NCBI GenBank assembly: GCA_004431415.1
Contig: QPMI01000261.1
Location: 1-64,000, forward strand
DNA length: 64,000 nt
From: Cyanophora paradoxa CCMP329
Lineage: Eukaryota; Plantae; Glaucophyta
Reading direction: 5' to 3'
Both the position numbers and the translations under genes were made by a program. Shown here one piece after another: positions 1-12,796 of this stretch. Each line of letters opens with the position of its first letter. Position 1 is the first letter of the stretch. The notes beneath the pieces are model-generated. The model saw only the letters and a list, made by a program, of their open reading frames with translations. It did no database searches and was not told the origin of the DNA.

Positions 1-866
1 CCGTCGAACTGCCCCAGCGCGATGTACTGCCCGTCGTTCGTCCAGCTGCCGCCCGATCTCGGCTGGCGGCTGCGCTGTGCGCAGCGGGGAGGCGGCGCAC
101 CTGCAGCAGAGAATCCTGGAAAGAACCTTGTGCTTCGCCACCGACTTCTGCTCGGGCGACCACAGACCTGGCGCGCGCGGGGGGGGCGTGAGCGCACTTG
201 GCGGCGGGCGGCGGGTCTGCAGCCGCACCGAAGTCCGACGCGGTGACACTGGCGAGCTGCTGCGTGACGGGGTTGTACGAGAGGGCCTGCGGCGCGGGAG
301 CCCTCAGTGGCGGCGCCGCGCAGGCGCGTCGCGACGCGGGGACCTGGATCGAGTCGTTGTGGCTGTACTTAAGGATACCCTCCGCCTTGCTCGTCCAGAT
401 GATGATCGTCTTGTCCGCACTGCGCGCCCCCTGAGCTCTGGGCCGAAGGCAGAGGGTAGAGTGGCGGCGCACCCTCCGGAGGCAAAGCGCTTGCCATCGC
501 GCGAGTATGCCACGCAGTACACGGTGTCTTTGTGGCCTACGAAAGCCGCCTTCCTACCAAGCGCGGCCGCGGGCACGAGTCGGACGAGAGGCACCTTTGA
601 GAGAGTGTAGCAAGTCGCCGTCGATGGCATCGTATACCAGCACGCGGTTGCCGACAGCCGCGACAAGCTGCGTGCCATCTGCGACCAGCTCAGACCGGCC
701 GCCGGGGGACACGCTGGCCCAGCAAACGCACCGGGGCGGAATGCAATGTCGTACACGATACTCTTCACACCATCCCGGTCCGGCTGCGCGGGAGTTCAGG
801 CTAAGTCCCTCTTCCTGGTGCGCATCGACGCACGACTTTGTCCGACCAGGCGATGACAGCCCGCAT
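1..866 (-). CDS. IFT122: Intraflagellar transport protein 122 (IFT-A, WD40), 5' part; continues beyond the window's left edge
   Basis: Spliced translation MRAVIAWSDKV|PDRDGVKSIVYDIAFRP|DGTQLVAAVGNRVLVYDAIDGDLLHSLK..|HKDTVYCVAYSRDGKRFASGG|ADKTIIIWTSKAEGILKYSHNDSIQ...LWSPEQKSVAKHK...WTNDGQYIALGQFDG matches the conserved IFT122 N-terminus; ATG at 866. Confidence 0.95.
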
Positions 867-1313
867 CTCCCGCCCACTTCGAAGAAGCTGCTGTTCTAGG
901 ACGAGCGCACGGGGCGCTTCAAGTCCGTTCCTCTAGCTTCAGCTGCGACGCTGCGCTACTTCGCTTCGCGTTGTGTCTTCAGCAGCTGCGCGGCGCCCGA
1001 ACGCAGCCGCTGCTGGCCAGCCGCCCCGCACTCCGGCTCACGAGCGTTGCGAGACAGGAAGATACTCTATGGTGCGAGCAGTCAGCGCGGCGCGTGGCCG
1101 CTACGGCGCAGCCATGGGCATTTTGAACCAGGAGCGCACCAGGCCGAACCAATTGAGAACGCCTTGCAACCCTTTGGGTAGTCGGAGCAAAAGATGCTCT
1201 GCTCCTGGGCCTGTGGTCTCGCTTCGGCTCCCGGTTTGCCGAGTGCTCGTACCCCTCCTGCCCGGGTACGAGCACTCGCGAAGTCGCGCGCCATCCGCAC
1301 CGCGACAAGAAGA

Positions 1314-4300
1314 ATGGGGAGCGACGACGAGCGCGAGGAGAACGAGAAGGGGCAGGAGGAGGAAGGTGCGCCAGCCGCCCGCGTCGATGCCTAGGGTGCT
1401 TTGTGCACATTCGCATTCGCGGGGAGGCCGCCGTGGGGCGCCCCGGAAGTCATCGCAGCGCGCAATCAGGGCGCCGCGAAGGGCTTTTGCGGCCTTCATC
1501 ACACGACTCGGTCGCAGAAGCCGAGGCCGAGGACTCCGACGAGGAGGAGGATGAGGAGGAGGACGAGGAGGAGGATAGGAGAAAGAGAAAGAAGCGGTGC
1601 GCCACGCGCGCCGCGGCGGCCTGCGAGACGCTCAGGCTATGGTGGCGAGCAGCAAGGCGGGCGGCGCGTCCCAGTTCCTCGAGCTCGAAGCCGAGGTCGA
1701 CGACGACGACGAAGACGACGACGAGGGAGAAGATATCGTGAACGGTCTGCGTTCGGCGTTCGCGCCCATGGCCTGCGTCGCGCCAACCGCCCGCGACGCA
1801 GAGCTCTTTGACGATGAGACGCAACCCGTGCACGAGCCGGCGCTGCGGCCGCGCGTCCCGCACTTCGAGGTGGAGGGTCAGACGGAGGAGGAGTTGGAGG
1901 CGAAGCTCAAGGAGCGATATGCGGGGGTGAGCGGGGGTGGGAGGGCGGGGCGCGGGGCGGGGGCGAGCCCGGGCGCAGATGCAGGGCGACGAGTACGACT
2001 ACGACGAGGAGACGCCGGACGAGGTGAACCGCCTCGAGGACCTCCCTTCCGTAAAGGACCCCAAGCTCTACCTCATCCCCTGCAAGGCGCCCCCGCCCGC
2101 CCGCCCCGCGCCGCCCCGGGGCCGACGCGCGGTGCAGAACGGCCACGAGCGCGAGGCGGTCGTCTCGCTCATGCAGAAGTACTTCGACCTGCTCGGCACC
2201 GAGCAGGCCCTCCTCGTGCGCTTCCCGCAAAGCGGGCGGGCGGGGCGGGGCGGGGGGGCGAGGGGGCGGGGCGGGCAGATCAAGTCGGCGCTGGCGTGCG
2301 ACCACCTGAAGGGCTACATCTACGTCGAGGCGGAGAAGCAGGACCACGTCGCCGCCGTCCGCCGCCCCCGCCCTCCCCGTCGCCCCGTCGCCCCCCCCGA
2401 CCCCCGCCCCGCAGGCCGTCCGCGGCCTGCGCCTGCTCCAGCACTACAAGATCACCCTCGTCCCCATCCGCGAAATGCCCGAGGCGAGGAGGCGGCCGCC
2501 GGCGCGCGGCGGGGCCGGCGGCTGACGCGGGGCGGGCAGGTGCTGACGATCCAGCGGAAGGAGGCGGCGGTGAAGAAGAGCGACTGGGTGCGGGTGAAGC
2601 GGGGGGTGTACGGGGGGGACCTGGGCCAGGTGGTGAGCGTGGACGAGACGAAGAACACGTGCACCGTGCGCCTCGTGCCCCGCATCGACATGGCCAAGGT
2701 CCAGGGCCTCCGCGACAAGGACGAGGCGCGCCTCCCCCGCCCCGCACGCGCCCCCGCCCCTCAGGCCGCGCAGCGGGACGCGGCGGGGCGGAAGCGCGTG
2801 CGGAACAACCGGCCCCCGGCGAAGCTTTTCAACGAGGAGGACATCACGTGCGCGGGGCGCTGCGCGGGGCGGGGCGGGGCGGGGCGGGCGCCGACGGCGG
2901 GGCAGGCGGGCCGGGGGCCAGGTGGAGCGGCGGAAGGACCCCGAGACGGGCGAGTTCATGTACTCGTTCGAGGGGCAGCGCTTCAAGGAAGGCTACCTCC
3001 TCAAGAGCATCTCCCTCCGCGGCCTCGTCCGCCCCGCCCCGCCCCGCCCCGCCCCGCCCCGCCCCGCGAGTCGGGCCGGGCCGAATGGAGGGCAGGACAC
3101 GAGCAACGTGACGCCGACGCTGGACGAGCTGGCGCGCTTCCAGTCGAAGAAGCGGGGCCAGGACGACGACGACGAGGGCGGCTTCGGGCGGCTGAGCCTG
3201 GAGCCCGGGACGAACCTGAAGCGCAAGGTCGAGTTCGTGAAGGGGGACACCGTGCGGGTGAGCGAGGGGGACCTGATCGACCTGCTCGGCACTGTCGAGG
3301 CCGTCGACGGCGACATGGTCTCCATCAAGCCCAAGCACGAGGAGCTCACCGTGCGGCCCCGCCCCGCCCCGCCCCGCCCCGCCCCGCCCCACCCCGCGAG
3401 GGGGGCCGACGCGGCGCCGCAGGAGCTCCTCACCTTCCCCAAGAGCCAGCTCTCCAAGTACTTCGAGCCCGGCGCGCACGTCAAGGCCCGCCCCGCCGCG
3501 CACCGCCCCGCCGGGGCGGCGTGGGGTGACGGGGAGGGGCGGGGCAGGTGATCGCGGGGATGTACGAGCGGGAGACGGGCATGATCGTGGACGTCAAGGG
3601 GAACACCGTCGTCATCCTCTCGGACGTGACGAAGGAGGAGCTCAAGGTGCTCGCGACGGACATCCAGGAGGCCTCCGAGGTCTCCTCGGGCCGCGAGACC
3701 ATCGGCAACTACGCCCTCTTCGACCTCGTCCAGCTCGAGTGCGCCCCGCCCCGCCCCCCTTCCCGCCCCGCCCCGCCGCGCCGGCGCGAGCGGCCGCAGC
3801 TCGCACCTGGTCGGGTGCATCGTCAAGGTCGAGCGCGACTCGGTCCGCGCCCTCGACAACAACGGCGTCCTCCAGGCCCGCCGCCTCCCTGCCCCCGCGC
3901 CCGCGCCGCAGCCCTGAGGCCCCGGCGCAGACGGTGCGCCTGCAGCAGATCCGGGGCAAGCGCAACTCGAAGACGGTGCGCTGCGGGGCGGCTGCGGGGC
4001 GGGGCGGGCGGGGGCCGACGGGGGCGGGCAGGCGGTGGCGCTGGACTTCAGCCAGAACACGATGACGGTGGGGGACGTTGTGCGCATCCGGGACGGGCCG
4101 ATGAAGGAGCGGCAGGGGACCGTCCTGCACCTCTTCCGCGCCTTTGCCTTCCTCCAGTGCAGCGAGGTCATCGAGAACGGCGGCGTCGTCGCCGTCCGCT
4201 CCCGCTCCTGCATCCTCCTCGGCGGCGCCAAGGGCCCCCGCCAGGGCCCCGGCGCTCCCATGGTCCCCGCCCCGCCCCGCCCGGGCCCCCTCGCCCTCCG

Positions 4301-6109
4301 AGCTGACGCGCCGCGCACGGCAGTCGTTCCTGCCGACGGCCTCGCCGCGGATGTCTCCCATGCACACCCCGCAGGCCCGCTCGCCGAGCCTCGCCCAGAT
4401 CCGCGCCACGCCCGGCGCCCAGGTCCCCGCCCCGCCGGCCCCGCCCCAGCGAGGGCTCACCGTGCCGCTCAGGGGGCGTACCGAGGCGGGGGCCAGCACG
4501 GGCGGCGTGACAACCTCATCGGGAAGACGGTGCAGATCCGGGGCGGGGTGTACAAGGGGTACATCGGGATCGTGAAGGAGGCGACGGACACGCACGGGCG
4601 CGTGGAGCTCCACTCCAAGTGCAAGACCGTCTCCGTCGAGCGCCGCCTTCTCATGGAGGTCGGGTGCGCCGCCCCCCGGCCCCCGCCCCCGCCCGCCCCC
4701 GACCCGCCGCCGCAGCGCCGACGGCGGCATGCTTCGCGGCGACAGCGGCTTCGGCTCCCGCCCCAGGTCCTGCCCCATTCGCCACTCCCTTGCCCCCTCT
4801 TCTCACGCCCTCCCCGCAGCTCTTCGTGGGACGGCGGCCGGACCCCGATGCACGATGCCCACGGTGCCCTCGCCGGCCCCGCCGGCCCGGCGCGCCCGCG
4901 CCGCTCACGGCCCCGCAGCGACGCCGATGCACGACGGGATGCGGACGCCGATGCACGACGGGATGCGCACGCCGATGCACGACGTGCGGCCCCTGCGCCG
5001 CGCGCCGCGCGCGCGCGCCGACGGGGGCGCAGGGGATGCGGACGCCGATGCACGAGGGGATGCGGACGCCGATGCGGGACTACATGCAGACGCCGATGCG
5101 GGACGACAGGGACTGGCACGCCCCGCAGACCCCCATGCGCACCGACACCTGGAGCGACGGGCCCGCCTCGGCCTTCGGACCCGGCGGCGGGGGCGCGCCC
5201 CAGACGCCGGGCGCGGCGGCGAACAACCCGTTCAGCCCGTCGCCCTTCGACGTGCAGAGCCCCGCCCCGCAGACATTCGCCGTGGTGCGCGCCACGCGAG
5301 CCGGCCCCGCGCCCGGCTCCTCGAACGCGGGGCGCAGCCGTCGCCGGCGAACAGCTACGGGGTGCCGCACGCGCAGACGCCCTCCTTCGAGCAGGGCTCG
5401 CCGGCCGTCACCCCCGCCGCCTCCTTCTCGGACCGGGGAACGCCGCAGGACCCCACGACGCCCTACGCCGGTGCGCCCCGCCGCCCCGCGCCCCGCGCCC
5501 GCCCTCCCGACGGGGCGGCAGGGACGCCGAACACGCCGAACATGGCGTACGCGTCGCCGTACGGGGCCACGCCGGCGACGCCCGCGACGCCTGCGGGGGC
5601 CGGGGTGGTGGACGGGCCGGACCCCTTCGCGGTGGGCGAGCCGGAGGCGGAGGGGGCGGCGCTGGCGGAGGAGATCGTGGTGAAGGTGCGGGCGGGGTAC
5701 GGCGGGGGCACGCACGACGAGCTGCTCGGGACGGTCGTCGAGCTCCGCGCCGACGGCGGCGCCACCGTCTCCATGCACGCCTCCGGGGCCACCGTGCGCG
5801 CCGCCCGCCCCGCCCGCCCCGCCCCGCCGCCGCCCCGGCGAGCCGCGGCAGATCTCGGTGGCGCGGGGCGGCCTGCTGGTGGAGCCGCCGCGGAAGAAGG
5901 ACCGGGTGAAGATTCTGCGGGGCGACCTGCGGGGCGCCACGGGGGCCCTCATCGGTATCGACTCGGCGGACGGCATCGTCAAGATGGACGAGAACAGCGA
6001 CATCAAGGCCCGCCCGCCGCCCCCGCCACGCCCGCACCCCTCACCCGCCCCGCAGATCCTCGACATGAAGATCCTCGGCCGCCTCCCGGACACCGCCGCC
6101 CGCAAGTAG
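1314..6109 (+). CDS. SPT5: Transcription elongation factor SPT5 (multi-exon)
   Basis: Acidic N-terminus (MGSDDEREE..., QFLELEAEVDDDDEDDDEGED), NGN domain (LPSVKDPKLYLIPCK, KGYIYVEAEKQ), several KOW motifs (WVRVKRGVYGGDLGQV, FVKGDTVRVSEGDL, LIGKTVQIRGGVYKGYIGIVK), TPMHD repeats and a C-terminal KOW (KKDRVKILRGDLRGATGALIGIDSADGIVK); TAG ends at 6109. Confidence 0.96.
4842..5103 (+). repeat. Coding tandem repeat: SPT5 CTR, 24-bp unit encoding GMRTPMHD, interrupted by two introns
   Basis: acgccgatgcacgacgggatgcgg repeated with variants; about seven TPM(H/R)(D/E) units. Confidence 0.9.
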
Positions 6110-6570
6110 CCGCCCCCTAGAGCGCGACCTGTGCGTTTGCCGGCGCCTATGTCCCAATTGCAAGCACCACATCGCGCTAGATTAATTTACGAGCTCGAAG
6201 CTTAAGCTGCACGTGCAGTTACTGTATGCATATGACACACGCGTACGTGCACTCAGATAGGAGCGTGGGGGAGCGGAAACCGCAAGGGATTGGGGCTCGG
6301 GGGGTAGAGGGAGCTCGGGCGAGCAGGCCTATGCCCCAGGCGACCCAGGGAGAGCCCCGAGTTAGCTCGCGTTAGCTACAGCTTGAATAATCCGATCTGG
6401 GGTGCTTTCTGAGCCCCCAGCCGCCCGCGCGCAGCTGCAGCCAGTGTCACTAGCGCGGCGCCCTTGAGCAGCGCGGCAGCCACTGACCGGCGTGCACGTT
6501 GTCGCGGGGCCGGCGCACTTCAGCAGCGTGCGGCCGCTGGCCGGTTGGTTGGCCGGCGGGGCCGTTAGCT

Positions 6571-9500
6571 ATGGCCAAGGTCCATGTGGCGTTCACACCC
6601 AGCGTGGTAGATGCTGCCCCTCCAGATCTATCCCGCGCGGTTTCGCGGGCCCAGGTCAGCGCGGCTCCTTCCCCCGATGCCAGGGGCCCTGCAGCTGATG
6701 CGCGTGCGCCGGATGCGCAGTCGCGCGCTACCTCGCGGCAGAGCTCGCGGGCCGGCACAGACACGGAGGGCGCCGATGCGGAGGATGCGGCACGCGTCAG
6801 CAAGCGCCGCCTCCGCTCCAAGACGATCAGTGCGCTAGCGCTAATAACATCGCCATGCGGTATTCGCTGAACGGCGCGAGCGCTCGCAGGCGTCAAGGGG
6901 CGCGACGCGGTGGGCAAGTGGGGTGAGCCTTTGCTTCGCCTCGGGCTGCAGCTGCGCGTGCGCGGGGCCTCACGGGGAGGCGCGGCAGGGGCCATCAAGG
7001 ACGCGGTGAAGTTCGCGAAGACGCTGAAGGCCCTCTCAAGCAAGGAAGCGACGTCCTTCAACGACCGCTTCAAAGTCGCCTGGCGCCTCCAGAACCCCGA
7101 GGCCGCCGCCGAGGTCCGCGCCCGGCGGCCCCCGCCGCCGGCCCCGGCCAGCCTCGGAGACCTGACGGGGGCCGGCGGGGCGCAGGAGCTGCCGCTGATG
7201 TGGACGCTGCGGAAGCAGCTGCGCTACACGAACACGCTCATCCTAATCCTCGCACTGCTCGGCCTCCTGCTCATGGTCGCGGTCCGCGCGGCGCCCGCCC
7301 CCGCCCCCTGCGCCGGACGCGAAGCGGCGCGCAGGACGTGGAGCTCTCGCGCTACGTCGACGGCAACAGCGACGCGCTCGCCTCCTCGCAGGCCCGCGCC
7401 CCGCCGCCGCGCGCCGCGCGCCGCCGAGGCGCCGCGCAGGCGCTGAAGGTCGGCGTGAGCGCGTCGACGGCGGCGGCGCTGGCGCTGCTGGTGCGCTCGT
7501 ACCTGCTGGAGCTGCAGATCGACAAGTGCCGGGGGCGGGCGATCCGGGAGGACACGCTCTGGTCGAAAAAGAGGCTGCTCGCCCGCCTCGCCCTCGAGCT
7601 CGCGCTGCTCGGCTACCACGTCCCCCCCTTCGTCGCCCTCCACTTCTTCGAGAGGAGCGCCGCCGAGGCCGTCGCCGCCCCGGGGGCCGCCCGCGGGGGC
7701 GCCGCCGGGGCGGCCTTCGAGCGGGGTGTGGACTGGCTGGGGGCGCTGATGTTCGTGCGGCTCTACCGCGTGCTCCCCGTGGTGCGCGACTGGACGTGGC
7801 GGAGCGCGGCGGCGCACCTCTACTCCGCCCTCAACAGCGTCGACCTCGACGTCCCCTTCACCATCCGCACGCACCTCCACTACCGGCCCCTCCGCGTCAT
7901 CGTCCCGCTGCTGGCCGTCCTCGAGACCGTCGGGGGCTACCTCCTGTGGGTGGTCGAGCGGGACGACCCCTCCTCCGAGGTCGCCACCTTCCACGACGCC
8001 CTCTGGGCCCGCCCCACGCCCCGCCCCGCCCCCCTCCTGCCCCCGCTCACGCCGTCCCCGCAGCTCACCTTCGTCTCCCTCACGACGGTCAGCAGCGCGC
8101 GGGGCGCGCCGGCTGCGAGCTGTAGCCCGACGGGGCGCGCAGGTGGGGTTCGGGGACCGCGTGCCGGCGACCTTCGAGGGGCGCGCCGTCATCGTCCTCG
8201 TCATCTTCTGCGGCCTCACGATGACCGCGATATACACTGCGGTGGTATTTGACTCGCTCACCCTCTCCTACGTGGAGCGCCTGTTCGTGCGGAAGGTCGT
8301 GCGCGACATCTCCCGCATCGACACCCAGCACGCCGCCGCCCGCACCATCCAGCGCCTCTGGCGCGTCCACGCCGCCCGCCGCGCCCAGCTCGCCAGGGAG
8401 CGCACCCGGCGCCTCTTCGCGCCGGACCCCGACGAGTGCGGCCGCCGGCCCCGGCCCCGGCCCCGGCCCGGCGCCGTGGACGAGCTCGAGGGCGGTCGCG
8501 TGCAGGGCGGCGGTGGCGGAGCGGCCGGCGGAGCGCGCGTCGGCGGCCACGCGCGTCGTTGCGGCGGCGCGCACCGTCGCACAGCAGCTCACCGTCCGCC
8601 CGCCACCGCCCCGCCTCGCCCCGCCGGCGCCTGAGCGGGGGGGCAGGGCGCGGGGCACCGCTGCAGCCGGCGGCCGTCGCGAGGCGCATGGAGCGCTCGC
8701 GCGGGCAGCTCCGCATCCAGGCCCGCGCCCTGCTCCGCCCGCCGTGCGCCCCGCTCGTGCCCCGGCGCTGAGGGCGGGGGCGGCAGTTCGAGCGCGTGCT
8801 CGTGCACTGGCGCTCCGCGCGGCGGCGCGCCCTCGAGCTCGGCGCGCCCCCGGCCCGCCCCCGCCGGGGCGGGGCTCGCTGACGGGGGCGGCAGTGCGGC
8901 ACGATGAGGACGCGACGCTGACGCTCTACACGATGAACGAGGCCATGACCCAGTGGACCTCGGAGGCGCCCCGGGTCACCCCGGCCCGCCGTGGCCCGCC
9001 TGACGCCCCCGCAGTTCCGCGCTTCCATCGGCGAGGTCCTCGCCCGCCTGGGGCGCCCCCGGGCCCCGCCGCCCCGCCCCGGCCCTCAGGCGCCCCGCCG
9101 CCCCACCCGAGTCGGCGAGCGCGCCCCGGCCCCGGCCGCCGTCGACTTCACGCGAAGGCGCGCCTGCCGGCCCCCGCACCCCTGCCCGCGCGAGCGGCCG
9201 GGGGCGCAGGGACGCCGACGCTCTCTCCTTCCTCGAGCCGCCGCCCTCCCCGGCGCGACCGCCAGCGGCCACCCCGCTCGCACCCGCCTCGCGCCCCTCG
9301 CCGGTGAGTGCTCCGCGCCGGCCTCGCCGCGCTCCCCGACCGCGCGCAGCCGGTCTCGCCGATGGCGGGCCCCCTCGCCGGCCGCCTGGTTGCGCACCTC
9401 AACCCCAGTGCGCCTGCTCCCCGACCCTGCCCCTCCCACGCCCCGCCCCACCTCACGGCCCGCCAGCGGTGGCCTACGCCGCAGACGCCCTCGCCGCCGG

Positions 9501-10107
9501 CGTTGGGGGCGCCGTATCGCCCAGCCCCCGCGGGCCCCCGCGGCAGCGCCGGCGTCGCCGGCGTGGGAGCCGCGCTCCGTGCGGGGGCCCGAGCGAGGGG
9601 CCGGGAGGCGGCGGGGGCCGCCGGGGCGGCGCGCGCCGGAGCGCCCTCGCTGGTGGTGGTGGACACCTCGTCGCCGGGGCCGCCGCCGCCGCCCCGCCGC
9701 CGGCGGCGGCCCGCCGAGCCGCCCCGGCGCCACTCCCTCCCGTCCTCCCCGCCACCGCCGCCACCGCCGCACCCGTCGAGCTCGAACGCGGGGCCGCCGT
9801 CGCGAGTGCCCCGGTGGGGCCACTCGAGGGGCGGCACCCGCCCGAGCCGGAGCCGCTCTTTCTACCGCCGGTGGCGCCGGCCGGGGAAGGCAGCGGGCCC
9901 GGGGCCGCGGGCCTGGAAAAGCTGCTGCAGGAAATACGGCGGGCGGCGGAGGCGGCGGAGCGGGCGGCGACGGAGGCGGCGGGGGCGCGGGCGGCGCTCG
10001 CCGGCCTCGAGCAGCGCGTCGGGGCGCTCGAGAAGGCCCTCGGATCCCCCCGGAGCGGCGCCGGCGCCTACGCACCGCCCCTCCTCTCCATGACGCCCCT
10101 CCACTAG
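6571..10107 (+). CDS. Small-conductance Ca2+-activated (SK/KCNN-like) 6TM potassium channel
   Basis: TM segments; S4-like LMFVRLYRV; YSALNSVDLDVPFTIRT (compare SK IGALNKINFNTRFVMKT); pore ALW|LTFVSLTT|VGFGDRVP; post-S6 LTLSYVERLF...QHAAARTIQRLWR (CaM-binding-like); C-terminal coiled coil LEKLLQEIRR...LEQRVGALEKAL. Exon structure at 8450-9800 is uncertain. Confidence 0.85.
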
Positions 10108-10374
10108 CCCAGACGCCCGACCGGCGACCCCACTCCCCAGCTTCCTCCCCAGCACCTCCCGCCTCCCTCGTTCCCCTCTCTCTCGCTTCTTTCGAGGGTG
10201 TACTCGCCCGCACGCCACATCTGGTCTGGGCGGTACATATGCAAGCGGGCAAAGCGGGGAGGGTTCTTGGGGGGAGTCAGCAGGTTCGGTGGGAGCTAGG
10301 TGCGGACAGTGTGTGGGGGGGGCTGGGCAGGGTTCGCGATCGGGCGGGGCGGCGGGGCGGCGGCTTCAAAGTGG

Positions 10375-12628
10375 CTACCCGTCGGTGGGCTGCGTGGCCT
10401 CGACAGCGAAGGCGGGGCAGAGGGTGACGAGCACGAAGAGAGTGTCTCCGCTGGCGACCTCGGCGATCTGCCGGTACTCCACCACGTTGTCCCAGCCCCA
10501 GCCTGCGCCCTCGCCGTCGCCAGGGGCGGGGCCGGGGAGGGGCGGGGCGAGACGCGCCGTACTTGTTGAGGTCGGTGCGGGCGAGGCGCGGGTCCTCCTT
10601 GAGCGCGAAGTCGGCGCTCCCCTCGCGGCACGGCCACTGCCCCCGCGGCGCCCGCGAGAGCGGGATCGCGATCGAGAACTTGAACTTGCTGCGCCCCCAT
10701 GAGCACCGCTCGCGGCGGCGCGGGGCCGGCGGCGGCACCGGAACAGCTGATCGTCGCAGTACCTGCGGGGTTGGTGAGGACACGCGGCGCGGGAGGGGGC
10801 CGGGGCGGCGGCGGGCGCACTCGGGCTTCTCGACGGGGGCGGCAAGGCCGGGGGGTGGCCTGGAGGCGGAGATGCGGTGGATGTGCACGCTGATCGTGCT
10901 CCGCTCCTCCCCGCTCTTCCTCGACACCCGCACCTGCATCGCTCCGTCAGGTGCGCCTCGCCCACGCGGAGGCAAAGCGCGGGGCGGGCCTTGGTCTGCG
11001 GGGGGCGTAAGGCGGGGAGGGCGGGCATGCGAGGGGGCGCTGCACCTGCCAGAAGTTGCCGAAGGCGAGGAAGGGGTCGCTGAACACGTCCTGCGCCCCG
11101 CCTCGGCGCACGCGCGGGGCGGCGCGGCGCGGGGCGCACCCGCTCCGAGGCGGCGCCGGGCTCGGGGTCGCCGAGCCGCGAGGCGCGGAAGGGGACGCAG
11201 GTTCTGAAGAAGAAGCGCTCGAGGTTCTCGCCCTCGAGGCCCGGGGCCGCCCCCGCCGGCCGCGTCAGGTTCAGGCGGATGAAGTCGCGGCCCCAGTTGT
11301 GCCTGCGCGCCCCATCGGCGGCGGCGCGGGCGGCGGGGGCGGCGCGGGGCCGGCGTACTCGTCGAGGGCGGCGAGGCGCGGGTACTTCCGGCGGGTGCGC
11401 AGCAGCTCCTCAAACGAGAAGCTCGCGAACTGGACGCTCCCCATGAGCTCCTCCCAGAGGCGCCCGAGGCCCGGCTCCGGCGCGGCGGAGGAGGAGGAGG
11501 AGGCCCGCGGGAGTGGACCCTCCGCGGCCTCCCGTCCGTCGGGCGTCTCTGGCCGCGTCCGGGGGCGCTTGGCGGCGGGGCCTCGCGCCGAGTCCGGCGT
11601 CTCCGCCGTCTGCGAGGGACCCGCGGGGGGCGGCGTGCACGGCCCCGCCCCAGCCTCCTCCTCTGCGGCCTCCTCCGCCTCGGCGGAGAGGCGGCGGATG
11701 CGGCGGGAGGGACCGGCGGCGGCCGCGCTCTCCGCCTCGGCGAGCTTCGCATGGAGGGACTCGAGGAACTGGAAGCGCGCGTACTCCGTCCCCGGCACGC
11801 AGAAGCACCGGTCCGTAAGCACGTCCCGGATCAAATCGAGGTCCCCGCAGGAGAGCAGGATCTCCGGATGCGCGTGGGCCGTCCGCAGCAGCACCGACTT
11901 GCAGCTGCCGCGAAGTCATTGGAGCGGGGGCATGGTTGGGCGGTCCGCAGCCGAGCGTACGCGGCCAACACGGCATCGTCTCCAGGCAAAATTCGCGTCC
12001 GGAAGAACGGCAGGGCTATTGCCAGGTTCTCGAGCGCTGATTCGCACGAAGACGATAGGCTCTTCAAGATGTACCTCTCGACGTGACCGCGCAGGCGCTC
12101 AAGCTGAATTGCTGTGAGCGGCGCTGGCGCAGGAAAGCGGGAGGCGCGAAGAAACCCCGAAGAAAGAGGCTGCTTGGAAGACCTCCATGGCGAGAGAAAC
12201 CGAATCGAGTGCAGGTGTGAAGCCGTACAAATGTTTTCTGAGAGCGCTTCAGACCGCGGATTCCGAAACGAAGCCAAGACGCACAGAGAGATCTCAACGG
12301 CGTGCGCGGCCAGCTCAGGCACGTCGACTCTCACATCGTGCATAAATTCACAACGCTGAACATCGCGGTTCCAGTTTTCGCTGAACAGCGACCTAAAGTA
12401 CTCGCTGCCGCATTCGAGGATGATACGATGCAGCCGCAAGCGCAGCTGGAAGCGCATACATCAGCCAAAAGCGGGTACTTAACACGTAGATAAGGGACGC
12501 GCCTGTCCTGAGTCTGTCACCAGCTGCAGCACAACGTCGCTCGTTCGCTCGTTGCACCAAGCTTTCTTGAGGTGCGCGCTGAACTCTGGGAACTCATTCG
12601 CTGGCCGTGCGGTCTCATCCTCCTCCAT
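10375..12628 (-). CDS. BTB/POZ (plus BACK-like) protein with a possible C-terminal MATH-like domain
   Basis: FPEFSAHLKKAWCNERTSDVVLQL|LRLRLHRIILECGSEYFRSLFSENW (BTB); VLTDRCFCVPGTEYARFQFL and LMGSVQFASFSFEEL (BACK-like); ISVHIHR, KFKFSIA and GWGWDNVV resemble a MATH/TRAF beta-sandwich. Confidence 0.75.
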
Positions 12629-12796
12629 TTTCAGAGCTTTGGGCTCCGTCACTGAGCTGAGCCTGCTGCTAGCAGGCTGAGCTGCTGTCAGCCTCTGTCA
12701 GGCTGCTCAGCCGCTGCTGGGCAGCTGGCCCTGATCTGGGGAGGGGGGGTACGCGGAGGCATCGAAGGCCCGATTTCTTGAGTGGCCGAGACGACA

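Noticed and set aside
973-1300. Small ORFs between IFT122 and SPT5
   Set aside because: No recognisable motif; the region is better explained as the shared promoter and UTRs.
4842-5103. Regular 24-bp repeats as a CRISPR-like array
   Set aside because: There are no unique spacers; they encode the SPT5 TPMHD repeat region.
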